64,000 nt of DNA from an uncultured Phycisphaerales bacterium (GTDB taxonomy: Bacteria; Planctomycetota; Phycisphaerae; Tepidisphaerales; Tepidisphaeraceae), in the NCBI GenBank assembly GCA_963792535.1, contig CAWBWQ010000001.1, positions 160,001-224,000 on the forward strand, written 5' to 3'. Each line of letters opens with the position of its first letter. Within the stretch, counting starts at the first letter, position 1. Of the stretch, positions 41,775 through 52,736 are shown piece after piece. The translations under genes were made by a program, and so were the position numbers. The notes beneath the pieces were generated by a model, which saw nothing but the letters and a program-made list of their open reading frames with translations, was not told where the DNA came from and did no database searches.

Positions 41775-42837
41775 ATGAAGCGCAAATGTTACCGAATTCG
41801 AAACGGCGGCTTCACACTGATTGAGCTTCTGGTGGTTGTTGGAATCATTGCCGTGTTGATTGCCATTCTTCTCCCCGCATTAAACAGCGTCCGCTCGCGG
41901 GCAAATGTGGTCGCATGTGCTTCCAACGTTCGGCAGATTGTCACCGCCACTCTGGAATATGCCGCTTCAAATCACGGATTACTTCCACCGCGCATACGCG
42001 GGTGTATCGTCAGTTGATAGCAATGGATTCGACTTTATCTATCTCACTTTTCCCTTCCCGGGACGAACAACCCCCTTGAGTTGCAACATCGGCACACTGC
42101 TGCAGGATGGTTACCTGGGGCGGGTCGACCCGACTTACCTGAACGCCCATTTTGAGACCATGGCCATGGCTCCCGTGCGTTTCGATCCGGCAATTGGGGA
42201 CGTGAGTTTTGAAGTGCAGGGTTTATATGGCAGCCATGCAGCGATCGACACCCCGGTAATCTGGAGTTCCAGCTACGAATACAACCCGCATTGGGCTTTC
42301 ACCAGCGCATACGGGAAGTGGTCCGGTGGCGGAACGATCAACACGGGGGTGGACACTGTAAGCTGGTACACCTCGGTGAACGGATACAACGCTCATAAAG
42401 CGCTCGTCACTGATCTCAACTCCTGTGGCGCGGAGGGAAACCCGAACTACCTCGGACTGGCACCTCATAAAGCAGGCGCATTCTGGGTTTACAATCTCGG
42501 TTATGTCGACGGGCACGTCGCATCCGTGCGGGACAGGGTAATGATGAATTGCCCCAAGGGAAGCTACCTGGGTTATGCAATTCGCATTCCCAGTGAAACC
42601 GAAGGGTATGATTCCGTGCTGGACGCCCTGGAAGCCGAGGCCGAGAACCGCGACCCCGTCACCAGTGGCGGCGACCCCAGAATGCCCCCGCTCACCAGGG
42701 CGTTAGGCACCGGCGGGTCCAGCACGCCTTGGGAATATCGCCTTCAAGGCGGTAATGCCGGCAATGTGCCAGGCGAACAAACCAACCCCTCTAAGCCGGG
42801 TTACGGGCTGTATCACCCATTGGTTCCGTGGCAATAA
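41775..42837 (+). CDS. Prepilin-type N-terminal cleavage/methylation protein (DUF1559-like); frameshift near 42000
   Basis: GFTLIELLVVVGIIAVLIAILLPAL...CASNVRQI; late H...NLGYVDGHV motif. Confidence 0.85.
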
Positions 42838-42916
42838 TTCACGGGCGGAACACGCGAGCGGCGAATTTAAGTCCGTAACAGGCGAGACCCATTTTAGCTT
42901 GCTCAATCTATATCAC

Positions 42917-44119
42917 TCATGGCATGAGCCGCGCGAATCGCCGGCTGCCCATTTGCAGTACCACCGGTTGCGCGAACTGGTGTTCCTGTTGATGATCGGT
43001 GACTTTCTGTCCGTCTATTTTAACCGCCCCTTCTTTGATTTTACGGATGCCTTCACCATTACTCGCGACCATGCCGGCCCTGACCAGCAGGGGAGCGAGT
43101 TTAAACGGGCCCGGGCCGTCCAGCGGCAGTTCGGGCATCTGATCGGGGATGCCACCGTGGGTGGCGGTCATAAATGATTTTTCAGCCAAATCGGCTGAAT
43201 CCGCATCGTGAAGCCAGGTGATGAGGTGCTTCGCGAGCTTCACCTTTGCGTCGCGCGGGTTCGAAGCGATCAGCGGTTTGAAGTCTGCCTCGGGCAGATC
43301 GGTCAGCAAGGTAAAATACGACTCCATCAATGCATCGGGCAGCTTCATCACCTTGCCGAACATTCCGTTGTCACCACCGGCAGGATCGGTGACGGCAATA
43401 TAATTGCCCAGCGACTTGCTCATCTTCTTCACACCGTCGGTGCCAACCAGCAGCGGGGTGACCAGCACGCATTGCCCGTCGCCGCCTTCTTCTTTTTGGA
43501 ACTCCCGACCGACCAGGTTGTTAAACAGCTGATCGCTGCCGCCCATCTCCAGGTCAGCCTGGATACAAACGCTGTCCCACCCCTGCAGCAGCGGGTAGAG
43601 AATCTCGTGCAGGCGGATGTCCACACCGTCGGCGTACCGCTTGGCAAAATCCTCGCGCGTCAAAACCTGCGCGACACTTTTTCGAGAAGCGAGTTTGATA
43701 ATATCGACCAGCCCCATCGTCCCGAGCCATTCACCGTTGTAGCGAACCTCCAGATGGTCCGGATCGGTCAGGAGGATTTTTCCCACCTGCGCGACATAGG
43801 TCTTCGCGTTGGCGTCAATTTCTTCGCCGGTCAATACTTTTCGCGTGGTGTTTCGCCCGGTGGGATCGCCGACGCGGGCGGTGTAATCGCCGATGATCAG
43901 AACCGCCTTATGGCCAAAGTCCTGAAACTGCCGAACCACCTTCAGTGGAACTGCATGGCCCAACGTGACATCCGGCGCGGTCGGGTCCATGCCCAGCTTG
44001 ATGCGCAGCGGTTTGCCGGTCTTGGCGCTGCTTTCCAGTTTCCGCCGAAGATCCGCCTCACTGATAAGCCGATCGCTGCGTCGGGTAAGCTGTTTAAGTT
44101 GTTGGTCAATATCGGACAT
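42917..44119 (-). CDS. tyrS: Tyrosine--tRNA ligase
   Basis: GMDPTAPDVTLGH, YPLLQGWD, GGSDQ, KMSKS, C-terminal S4 domain. Confidence 0.95.
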   Translation of the reverse strand: MSDIDQQLKQLTRRSDRLISEADLRRKLESSAKTGKPLRIKLGMDPTAPDVTLGHAVPLKVVRQFQDFGHKAVLIIGDYTARVGDPTGRNTTRKVLTGEEIDANAKTYVAQVGKILLTDPDHLEVRYNGEWLGTMGLVDIIKLASRKSVAQVLTREDFAKRYADGVDIRLHEILYPLLQGWDSVCIQADLEMGGSDQLFNNLVGREFQKEEGGDGQCVLVTPLLVGTDGVKKMSKSLGNYIAVTDPAGGDNGMFGKVMKLPDALMESYFTLLTDLPEADFKPLIASNPRDAKVKLAKHLITWLHDADSADLAEKSFMTATHGGIPDQMPELPLDGPGPFKLAPLLVRAGMVASNGEGIRKIKEGAVKIDGQKVTDHQQEHQFAQPVVLQMGSRRFARLMP

Positions 44120-44240
44120 TTCAGCCTTTTTGTAGGGCTCGGGATTGTAACCGGAACTCGGCAAACCCCAAGCGCAGCCGGAACTGAAGCGCGAAAAGGC
44201 GATTGGCAGTCAGTCGACGATCTTCTATCGTCTCTGACAA

Positions 44241-44942
44241 ATGCTGAAATTTCTCAGTCAACGACATCGCGAAGCAGAGTGGATGGATGAGCCGGACGCA
44301 GAGCCCGTCGCCCTGCGGAAAAGCCTGAGATTTATCCGGGTCGTGAACAAACTGCTCGGCTATAGCTGGGCAACCATTTACCACCTGGATCAATTATGCC
44401 GGGATTGGAAACCGGGGCGGCCTATCACCATCCTGGATGTGGCAACCGGGTCCGGCGATATTCCGCAGGCGATTCTGCGCCGGGCCGGTCGAAAGAAATT
44501 GGATGTCGCCATCGTGGCGGTCGACCTGCACGAGCAAACGCTGCTGACCGCCGCCAGGATCAACACGGACAGGCGGATTCGATTCATCCGGGCGGATGCA
44601 ACCCGATTGCCGTTTGACGATTCGACTTTCGATTTCGTCTTGACCGGCATGTTCCTGCATCATCTCGATCCAACCACCGCCGGCGCGGCGCTGAGCGAGA
44701 TGGACCGCGTTGCGACGCGCGGGATGGTCGTGGCCGACCTCTTGCGATCGCGCCGCGCTTATGGATGGATCGTGCTGTTCACTCTTTTTGCCAACCCGAT
44801 GGTCCGGCATGATGCACGAGTCAGTGTCAGTGGCGCATTTACCGCTGCGGAACTGATCGCGCTCTGCACCGACGCCGGTGTGAAATATTTGAAACCACAT
44901 CGACATTTTGGGCACCGCCTGGTGCTGGCGGGATCGAAGTAA
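44241..44942 (+). CDS. Class I SAM-dependent methyltransferase
   Basis: EWMDEP, ILDVATGSGD, FLHH, HDARVSV. Confidence 0.85.
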   Translation: MLKFLSQRHREAEWMDEPDAEPVALRKSLRFIRVVNKLLGYSWATIYHLDQLCRDWKPGRPITILDVATGSGDIPQAILRRAGRKKLDVAIVAVDLHEQTLLTAARINTDRRIRFIRADATRLPFDDSTFDFVLTGMFLHHLDPTTAGAALSEMDRVATRGMVVADLLRSRRAYGWIVLFTLFANPMVRHDARVSVSGAFTAAELIALCTDAGVKYLKPHRHFGHRLVLAGSK

Positions 44943-44976
44943 AATATTTCCTGCAGGCTAAATAAAGCAGCGGCAA

Positions 44977-45011
44977 AATTGACAAGCGGCAACGGAAAAC
45001 TGACAACGGGC
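44977..45011 (+). repeat. Degenerate heptamer array
   Basis: AATTGAC AAGCGGC AACGGAA AACTGAC AACGGGC, same family as 38331-38413. Confidence 0.55.
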
Positions 45012-45017
45012 ACCCGA

Positions 45018-45684
45018 ATGACGACTCCTCTTAAATTGGCCGTGCTTGTCAGTGGATCGGGCACCACACTGCAGAATCTGATCGAAGAAATCGCCGAGGA
45101 AAGGCTGCAGTGCAAAATTTCACTGGTGATTGGATCCAGGCCCGGCCTGAAGGGGATCGATCGCGCCAATGCCGCCCAGATCCCCGCGGTGGTGATCGAT
45201 CGGCGTGAATTTGATGACTTTCGCGCATTCAGCGAACAGGTTTTTTCGACCATCGATCTGGCATCAGTTGACCTGGTTTGTCTGGCGGGCTGGCTTTGCC
45301 TGCTGGAAATTCCGCCGCGATATGAAGGTCGTATTATGAACATCCACCCGTCGTTACTGCCACAATTCGGAGGCAAGGGAATGTTCGGCCAGAAGGTTCA
45401 CCAGGCCGTGCTGCAAGCCAGGTGCACCCAGAGCGGCTGCACCGTGCATTACGTGGACAACCAATATGATAACGGACCGATTATTTTGCAGCGCACCGTG
45501 CCGGTGCATCCGACGGATACTGTCGCTACGCTGGCGGCGCGGGTATTCGAAGAAGAGCGGGTCGCGTATCCCGAGGCCATACGTCGCCATCAGGCGGCGC
45601 CTTGCAAGGTGAGCGGAAGATGCAGGGAACCAAGTCATGCGAGAGCAACACCGCCCGCTGGTCATCGTTTCTCAACGCCGTTGA
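45018..45684 (+). CDS. purN: Phosphoribosylglycinamide formyltransferase (3' end uncertain; stop apparently lost)
   Basis: VLVSGSGTTLQN, NIHPSLLP, GCTVHYV, YDNGPII. Homology ends near 45620 while the frame reads on into pdxH. Confidence 0.88.
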
Positions 45685-45744
45685 AAGTTCAGCAATCCTG
45701 TCCCACGCTTGACACTCCGCGTGATTCGTCGAACGATTGCGCTC

Positions 45745-46398
45745 ATGCCGGATCCCACTCCAATTCCGCCCAGCGATATGCGCAGGGATTACAAGCTCTT
45801 GGAATTACACGAAGCAGATGCTTTGCCCGACCCGATCCAGCAGTTTGGAAAATGGTTCGAGGATGCCAGGGCAGCCGGCATCATCGAACCGACGGTGATG
45901 ACGCTCGCCACCGCGGATGCCACCGGTCGACCGGCGGCTCGCATCGTGCTGCTCAAGGGTTTCGACGCCCGGGGTTTTGCTTTCTACACCAATAAACTCA
46001 GCCAGAAGGGGAAAGATCTGCGTGAAAATCCCCGCGCCTGTCTCGTTTTTTTCTGGGAGGCACTGGAACGGCAGGTGCGAATCGATGGCTCGGTGGTTGA
46101 CGTCAGCCGGGAAGAAGCCGAGCAGTATTATCATTCTCGCCCCGTCAATTCGCAGATCGGTGCATGGGTTTCGAATCAGAGCAGCATCATCAGTTCCCGC
46201 GATGACCTGAATCAACGCGAGGTGGAGATGCATAAAAAGTTCGACGGTCAGACCGTGCCGATGCCCGATTATTGGGGAGGATATCGCGTGATTCCCGAGG
46301 TTATTGAATTCTGGCAGGGCCGGCCCAGCCGCTTGCACGATCGCCTGTGCTACCGGCTGACTGAGCAGCGATGGAACATCGAAAGACTTGCCCCGTAG
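45745..46398 (+). CDS. pdxH: Pyridoxamine 5'-phosphate oxidase
   Basis: RIVLLK, FYTN..S.KG, RQVRIDG, EFWQGRPSRLHDR, RLAP. Confidence 0.95.
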   Translation: MPDPTPIPPSDMRRDYKLLELHEADALPDPIQQFGKWFEDARAAGIIEPTVMTLATADATGRPAARIVLLKGFDARGFAFYTNKLSQKGKDLRENPRACLVFFWEALERQVRIDGSVVDVSREEAEQYYHSRPVNSQIGAWVSNQSSIISSRDDLNQREVEMHKKFDGQTVPMPDYWGGYRVIPEVIEFWQGRPSRLHDRLCYRLTEQRWNIERLAP

Positions 46399-46446
46399 TA
46401 GAACAATCCCGCGTCGCATGCTGAATAAAAGTTGCGACCCTGACTT

Positions 46447-46827
46447 ATGACCCCCGAAGAAAAAATCTACGAAACGATCGGCGAAGCGGGCTTTGTCCGC
46501 CTGGTCCACGCGTTTTACGCGCGCGTAAAAAAAGATGAATTGCTAGGCCCGCTGTATCCTCCTGATGACTTGGAATCTGCTGAGCAGCGTCTGCGCGAGT
46601 TTCTCATTCAGCGTTTCGGTGGCCCGGCAGCATATTCAGCCCAGCGTGGGCATCCCCGCCTGCGCATGCGGCACGCGCCATTCCCGGTCGATTCTGCTGC
46701 GGCCGATCGCTGGGTTTTCCTCATGAACCAGGCGATGGCTGAATCAGCCCTGTCTGGCGACGTGGAGGCGGCGCTGAAAAAATATTTTCGCGATACCGCC
46801 ACCTTCATGATTAACCGCCCGGATTAG
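46447..46827 (+). CDS. glbO: Group II truncated hemoglobin
   Basis: LVHAFYARV, FGGP..YS..RGHPRLRMRH.PF. Confidence 0.88.
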   Translation: MTPEEKIYETIGEAGFVRLVHAFYARVKKDELLGPLYPPDDLESAEQRLREFLIQRFGGPAAYSAQRGHPRLRMRHAPFPVDSAAADRWVFLMNQAMAESALSGDVEAALKKYFRDTATFMINRPD

Positions 46828-48726
46828 CCGAAGGCAAAACGTTCGCCTGGGCACTGATCCGCGGTTGCGCCATCTGCTGAATCTGCTGGATTGCCTGGGC
46901 GAATGTCCCTGCGATGAAAACGGGTGTCACCGGCGCGATTCGCTCTTTGGCCTGCGAAAGATCCCGATCGCTGCACCAGAGCCCAACCAGCATTTCAACA
47001 TTCGGCAGCACACCCTGCAGGCGCTTGCACAAATACCTTGCATGCGTGATGGCAGCCGGTGGAAGGCGCTGACGCAGACGATATCCGGCTTTGACTGTTT
47101 CACCGTCTCAACCATTTCGCTGGCCAATTTTTCGACCGATGCGATCGTCACGCAGTAACCGCGCAGTTCCAGAAGCTGCCCGAGCATTGTGGCGGCAATT
47201 TCATCCGATGCCCTGCTCGCCGGCAGACATACCACGCTCAATACGCATCCCTTGGGCAAACCGATCCGCGCGGGATCGACCAGGACAGGTTGCGTCGGGG
47301 TTTCGCCGCGTGCTTCATCCACCAGCGCCTGTGCTTCAGCTTTGGTTTCCGCCGCCCGGGCCTGGTCTCCCAGTTCATCCACCAGGCTGCGCACACCTTC
47401 ATGAATGGCGGACTGCCGCTCGGTATTCAGATTTCCCTGCAGTACATCCTGCTCGACCATTGAAAGCGTTTGTATCAGCACCGTGTCGTACAACTCCTCC
47501 AGCGACATCTTTTTCGAGTATTCATTGACCAGAAAAGCCGCTTCCTCCTGATCCAGCGCGAGCAGCCGCTGGTAAACCCGGTCCGACGGTGAAAGGGCCG
47601 GCTCTTCTCCCAGTAGAATCGTTAGAAATTCCAGCTGCGGCACATATTTTCCCATCACGACCAGGCACACGGTCAGAGGGGTTGAAAGCAAAAGCCCAAC
47701 CGGCCCCCACAACCACGCCCAGAACGCCGCGGCCACCAACACCGCGAGCGTGGCGATGCCGGTGCTCGATCCATAAAGCATCGGTTCCAGGAAATTGGCC
47801 GCCACCACTTCAACGGTTCCGTAGGCAAAGAAAACTTCCAGCGCAACGCGTGATTGCGGGAAGACCGCCAGCGCCAACGCGATGGGCAGCGCCGACGAAA
47901 CCCAGATTCCGACATATGGAATGAACCGTAGCAGCGCCGTCAGCAAACCCCATAGCGCCACGGCCGGAAAACTCATGTGGTTGAACTTTCCGAGCGTCCA
48001 CAAAACCACCAGGATCGTTGCACCCACGCTGCCGTTGACGATCGACTGCATCAGCAGATATCGGCTGACACGGGCGGCGGCGTCGTCCAGCGCGGTGGTG
48101 GTCAGCGTCAATCGATTGCGTCCCAGCAGGCGGATGAATCGATCGCGAAGATCTTCACGCTGCTGCAGCATGAAAATCGCAAAAACCGTCACGATAAAAG
48201 CCGTTCCCAATGGCCCCAGCACGATGGATATGAAAGGCCGCAGCACGTCCATCGGCGAACTCTGGCTCTGGGATGACTCCGAGTCATTGTTAATCACCCG
48301 GACATCCATCGCAGGCTGGGTGGAAGACGTGGTGGTCGGGGCAAGCGCCTGCTTCACCTGGGCGTCAGCGGTGTGAACCCAGTTCAAAATCCCGCCCGGC
48401 CCGCGAATGCTCGCCAGCTTGTCTTTGATATGCTGCTCATACGTGGGCATCTCGGTTTTCAGCTCGCCGAGTTGGTCGTAAACGACATATCCAATGCCAA
48501 ACAGCACACCCAGCGTGAACAGAACAGTGATCACAACAGCCACGCCGCGCGGCAGGCGTAACCGCTCGAGTTGTTTGACCAGCGGCGCCAGCAGAAAGCT
48601 AAGCAGAATTGCCAGCGCCAGGGGAATAAGGACCTCCTGCGCGAAATACAGGGCGGCCAGTACCACACAGATCGAACCCAGAACAATAAATCGCGGCGTG
48701 CTGGAAGTGTCATCAGACTTGGGCAT
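46811..48726 (-). CDS. AI-2E family transporter with C-terminal cytoplasmic (B12-binding-like) domain; frameshift near 47060
   Basis: LIPLALAILLSFLL.P, DLRDR.IRL, LRFIPYVG, WLWGPVGLLLSTPLT, YQRLLA.D. Confidence 0.88.
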
Positions 48727-48864
48727 GTACGTATGTATACGTCAACGGGCGGGATTGGGGGATGGCAATTGCAGTCGCGATTTTTACCTCTGCCAACCCC
48801 CGCCGATTTCCTCATTCCAGGCTGCGGATTGATTGGCGAATTTTTTTATCAGGCCGCCAATGCT

Positions 48865-50523
48865 TTACCACGCTTGCCCGTTTTTTCGCGTCCCGCAGAT
48901 GTGAACGGCGATGCCAAGTTCGGCGGCGAAGCTTGCCTTGGCGAGCATTGCCTTGTCGGCGTCGTCTGCGCTGCTGGCATAGGCCACCTGGATATGGTTG
49001 GACTTGTGCCTTGCCATCATCTGATCGCGGGTGATCCCATACGTGACCGCGTGCATGATCGGCCACTGCGGAGTGGTGGCCGCCCAGCGCCGGTCGGTCT
49101 CCTGCGGTGGAAGATACACAACGCCCGCCCGGCCCAGGTCCATCTTCAGCTTGCCGTTCTCGATAAAAATCCGGCTCCAGATGATTTCACCCGCCTTGCT
49201 GATTCCCTTGAGGGTTCCACCTCCCAGGCGGAAATACATCGAAGGCTGCCGTTCGCTGGAAGCAAATTCCCAGCCGCCCAGGTGCGCCGGGGGGACACTG
49301 CCACTGATCAGGAAAACCCAGACGTAATCGCTGACCGTGCCGCTGCGATCGATGTCGCCCCAGCGGAGATCGTGCAGCGTGTTCTCCACCGGTTGCCCCA
49401 TCGCCTGGTGAACGCGATGCGTGAGGATGCCATCCAGACCGGCACATTCATCCACTTCATTAAAGTGCGGCAGAGGTTGACCTTCATATAAAATCCGCGT
49501 TCCGTCGCGGCTTTTTACCGGCGGGCGATCGCTGTTATTCAGCGTGCCTTCAACCAGATCGGATGCTGGAAGAAGGTCTTTCAATCCCTGTTGATATTGA
49601 ATCCCGATTGCCGAGCAGCCGTAGTCATCAGCAATGCGCACGGCAGCGATATACATCTTGCACTGCTTGTGAATCTGCGCGTCTGTCAGGTCGGTTTCTT
49701 CGTCCGGCCCTGTCCGAAAGATCATGCCGCTGTTGTTCATCCATCGGCGAACCTCCTCTGCCTCGTCATCGCTGACCTGGGTGGTTTCATAATAGAGCGC
49801 GGACTGACTTAACCGCTCTTTGAATACGCCCGTCGGATTCAGCAGATCATCGGGGATGATCGCGTTAAACATCCCCATGCATCCTTCGTCAAACACACCC
49901 ATGATGGCCTTCTCGCGAAGCAGTTGATGCGCCAGCGCGCGGCCCAGCCTGGATTCTTTCGAGCCGACCTTAATGGCTTTGAACTTGATCACATGCGGGG
50001 TTTTGTGCGTGAAATAGCCGCTTTTCAGCCACTTTCGCAGATGGTCCAGGAAGAACGAATCCGAAAAATCCTCGCTCCACACGGTTGAATATTTCACCCC
50101 CGCCTTGGTCAGCGACCCATTGAGATTCAGCATCCCCACAAGCCCCGGCCAGGTGCCCGACCAGTTGGCAACGGTCAGGATGGGTCCCTGGTGGCCCAGC
50201 AACCCGTGCAGAATATGATGCGAATATTGCCAGACCGATTCAGCGACGATCAGCGGCGCATGCTTGTCGATTCCCGCAAAAACACGCATGCCCTCAGCTT
50301 GCGAACTGATGAACCCGTGCCCCTGCGCTTCCTTGAACGGGTGCGCTCGAACCAGTTCATATCCGGCATGACTGACGGCGGCGGTGAGCGCCGCTTCCAT
50401 CTCCGCCTGCGCGGGCCAGCATTTTTGATTCGCGCTGGAACGCAGGTCTCCGTTGGCGATGAGCACAACCTGCTTGCGGCCAACCCTGGACGGTTTTTTG
50501 ACTTGAGGAAACGTATAAGGCAT
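48865..50523 (-). CDS. L-fucose/L-arabinose isomerase-like protein
   Basis: ANWSGTWPGLVG.LNL, FDEGCMGM, GIQYQQGL, HFNEVD, NHIQVAY. Confidence 0.75.
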   Translation of the reverse strand: MPYTFPQVKKPSRVGRKQVVLIANGDLRSSANQKCWPAQAEMEAALTAAVSHAGYELVRAHPFKEAQGHGFISSQAEGMRVFAGIDKHAPLIVAESVWQYSHHILHGLLGHQGPILTVANWSGTWPGLVGMLNLNGSLTKAGVKYSTVWSEDFSDSFFLDHLRKWLKSGYFTHKTPHVIKFKAIKVGSKESRLGRALAHQLLREKAIMGVFDEGCMGMFNAIIPDDLLNPTGVFKERLSQSALYYETTQVSDDEAEEVRRWMNNSGMIFRTGPDEETDLTDAQIHKQCKMYIAAVRIADDYGCSAIGIQYQQGLKDLLPASDLVEGTLNNSDRPPVKSRDGTRILYEGQPLPHFNEVDECAGLDGILTHRVHQAMGQPVENTLHDLRWGDIDRSGTVSDYVWVFLISGSVPPAHLGGWEFASSERQPSMYFRLGGGTLKGISKAGEIIWSRIFIENGKLKMDLGRAGVVYLPPQETDRRWAATTPQWPIMHAVTYGITRDQMMARHKSNHIQVAYASSADDADKAMLAKASFAAELGIAVHICGTRKNGQAW

Positions 50524-50589
50524 TGCGACTCCGACGGGGTGAAACAGTTGTCAATTTACGGCGTTGATTGTCAATCAGCGCAGCGGCGC

Positions 50590-52488
50590 TCAAACGCTCT
50601 TCAGCGCTTCCTGATATTTCCGGATCAATGCCGATCGGCTGATTAAACCGATGATTTTCTTCGCGTTTTGCGGCACGCAGACCGGCAGGTGACTTACATC
50701 GTGCTGACTGAAAGCATCAAACACCGCCGCCAGGTCATCGGTCGTACGCACCGGCGGAATATCCGTGCGCATGACATCGCCGACCACCAGCAACGGGATG
50801 GCATCGCGATCCATCAGCACGGGGTTCAACTCAGCCGCCAGAACCATGCCCTCATAAACGCCGTCCGCGTCGGACACGACAAAATCATAGCTGCTGGTCA
50901 TCGCGCTCACCTCGAGAAGGTGCTGAATGGTGTCCGAATCGGTCACGATCGAGATCGGATCGAGAGGCACCTGTTCGACGGTAATGCGTCGCAGCAGCGA
51001 AAAATCACCGGCATTTCCCTGGCGCACACCGCGCGAACGCAGGGCGAGGGTGTAAACGCTCTCGGGATAAATCGATCGCGCGATCGCGACCGAAATAATG
51101 CACGCCAGCATGGCCGGGAGCATCACTTTGTAATCCTGCGTCAGCTCAAAGCAGATCAGGATGCTCGCCATCGGGGCATGCACCACCGCCGAGAGCACCG
51201 CGCCCATTGCCACCAGGGAATACAACTCGGGTTGAATACCGATAAACCATCCGGTCTTCTGCAGCAGGTGTCCGACCACCGCGCCGATGGTCGCCCCCAC
51301 AAAAACGCTTGGGGCAATGATTCCACCACTGCCGCCACTGCCAAGCGTTACCCCTGTGCCGAATATTTTAATCGCGCAGAGAACCAGCAGCAGACCGGTC
51401 ATGCTGCCGGCCATATTGACGTAAAAATCGGCTCTGAGCATCTGCTGGATGACACCGTATCCATCGCCGTAAAATGCCGGCATGGAATAGACGCTGTAAG
51501 CAAAAGGCTTGTGCGCGGGAATGATGATGTAGACCAGCCCGATGGTCCCCAGGATTAATCCACCGATGGCGGGGCGGATGACTTTTGATATTTTCAGTTC
51601 GCTGAAAAAGTGTTCCGACCAGTACATGGTTCGGGTAAAAACACAACCAATAATGCCGCAGAGAATCCCCAGCAGCATGAAGTTTCCCACCTGATCCCAG
51701 CTGAGCAGCGCGTGGCGGGCAACATCAATGGGCGGCATTGCGAAAATCGCGCGGTAATCAGCCGCATGATGGGTCAGGCGAAATGTTTCCTGCGTGGTCA
51801 CCTGCGCGATCACACTGGCGAGCACCACAGGAGTAAACGACCGGATCGAAAAATCCTGCAGGATAACTTCAAGGGTAAACAGCACACCGCCAAATGGCGC
51901 ATTAAAGATCGCGCTGATCCCGGCGGCACAACCGCAGCCGGTGAGAATCGGCATCTGTGCCCGCGCGACGCGGAATACCTGCCCCACGCCTGAGGCGATG
52001 GCCGCCCCGATCTGAACGATCGGTCCTTCGGCTCCCGCGCTCCCACCGCTTCCGATGGTCAGCGCGCTGGTTAATATTTTTTCGATCGCGATGGCTGGCT
52101 TCTGGAATCCGCTGGTGCGCACCACCGATTCGACCACGTCGACGATGCCGTGGCCCTCGCGCGTGCGAAACACGTAGCGGCTGATAATGCCCACCGCCAG
52201 CCCGCCGGCGGCGGGAAGCAGAAGCAGCAGCCAGCGCCCCGGACCATACAGCCAGCTCTCCTCACCAGGCCGGCCGTAAAGTTGATCTCGAATCAGGTTG
52301 ATGAGCTCGTGGAATCCAACCGCCGCCGCCCCGGTGATGGTCCCGATGATGACCGCCATGAGAAGGAGAAACGCATCATCGTTAAAACCACATCGGCGCA
52401 GAAGACGCGTTACCACGATGCGCAGCCGGGCCCCGGGAGCAGATAAACTGTTCGGTGTGATCCGCACTGCACGAAGATTCAGTTGCAT
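50590..52488 (-). CDS. ClC chloride channel/antiporter with CBS domains
   Basis: GHGIV, GSGGSAGAEGP, FNAP.GG, GGSGGIIAP, ELT.DY, C-terminal CBS pair. Confidence 0.92.
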   Translation of the reverse strand: MQLNLRAVRITPNSLSAPGARLRIVVTRLLRRCGFNDDAFLLLMAVIIGTITGAAAVGFHELINLIRDQLYGRPGEESWLYGPGRWLLLLLPAAGGLAVGIISRYVFRTREGHGIVDVVESVVRTSGFQKPAIAIEKILTSALTIGSGGSAGAEGPIVQIGAAIASGVGQVFRVARAQMPILTGCGCAAGISAIFNAPFGGVLFTLEVILQDFSIRSFTPVVLASVIAQVTTQETFRLTHHAADYRAIFAMPPIDVARHALLSWDQVGNFMLLGILCGIIGCVFTRTMYWSEHFFSELKISKVIRPAIGGLILGTIGLVYIIIPAHKPFAYSVYSMPAFYGDGYGVIQQMLRADFYVNMAGSMTGLLLVLCAIKIFGTGVTLGSGGSGGIIAPSVFVGATIGAVVGHLLQKTGWFIGIQPELYSLVAMGAVLSAVVHAPMASILICFELTQDYKVMLPAMLACIISVAIARSIYPESVYTLALRSRGVRQGNAGDFSLLRRITVEQVPLDPISIVTDSDTIQHLLEVSAMTSSYDFVVSDADGVYEGMVLAAELNPVLMDRDAIPLLVVGDVMRTDIPPVRTTDDLAAVFDAFSQHDVSHLPVCVPQNAKKIIGLISRSALIRKYQEALKSV

Positions 52489-52553
52489 GGGTCGGGCCAG
52501 CATAGCGAGCTTGCTACAAGGGTGGAACCTCACCGGCGATGTCGCCGGTGATA

Positions 52554-52681
52554 AAGGCTGAATTATCTGACGCATCCTGGCCCGGTTCAGTGTAGCTGCG
52601 ACGCCTGCGTCGCCGTTTTTCAAAGGAAAGAAAACAGGCGACGCAGGCGTCGCAGCTACAATCGTCAAATGATTTTGCCTT
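52554..52681. repeat. MITE-like element containing a GTAG-REP doublet (REPIN-like)
   Basis: Outer IRs AAGGCTGAATTATCTGACG / CGTCAAATGATTTTGCCTT; inner inverted 24-mers TGTAGCTGCGACGCCTGCGTCGCC at 52591-52614 and 52637-52660. Confidence 0.85.
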
Positions 52682-52736
52682 GTGGTGAATGCCGGCTCGA
52701 GGATCGCCACTTCGAGTCCTGCGGAAAAGGACGGGC

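Noticed and set aside
43208..44290. 360-aa plus-strand ORF and similar long antisense ORFs (e.g. 5406..6293, 48571..49491, 50668..51558)
   Set aside because: They lie opposite well-supported genes and have no motifs; such ORFs are expected in high-GC DNA.
45620..45995. PurN C-terminal fusion domain
   Set aside because: The extension overlaps pdxH out of frame and looks non-protein-like; a lost stop codon from an indel is more likely.
52489..52553. Fluoride riboswitch upstream of the ClC gene
   Set aside because: GGCGATG is on the wrong strand inside a simple palindrome, and the protein lacks the CLC-F GNNLI/GREGT signatures.
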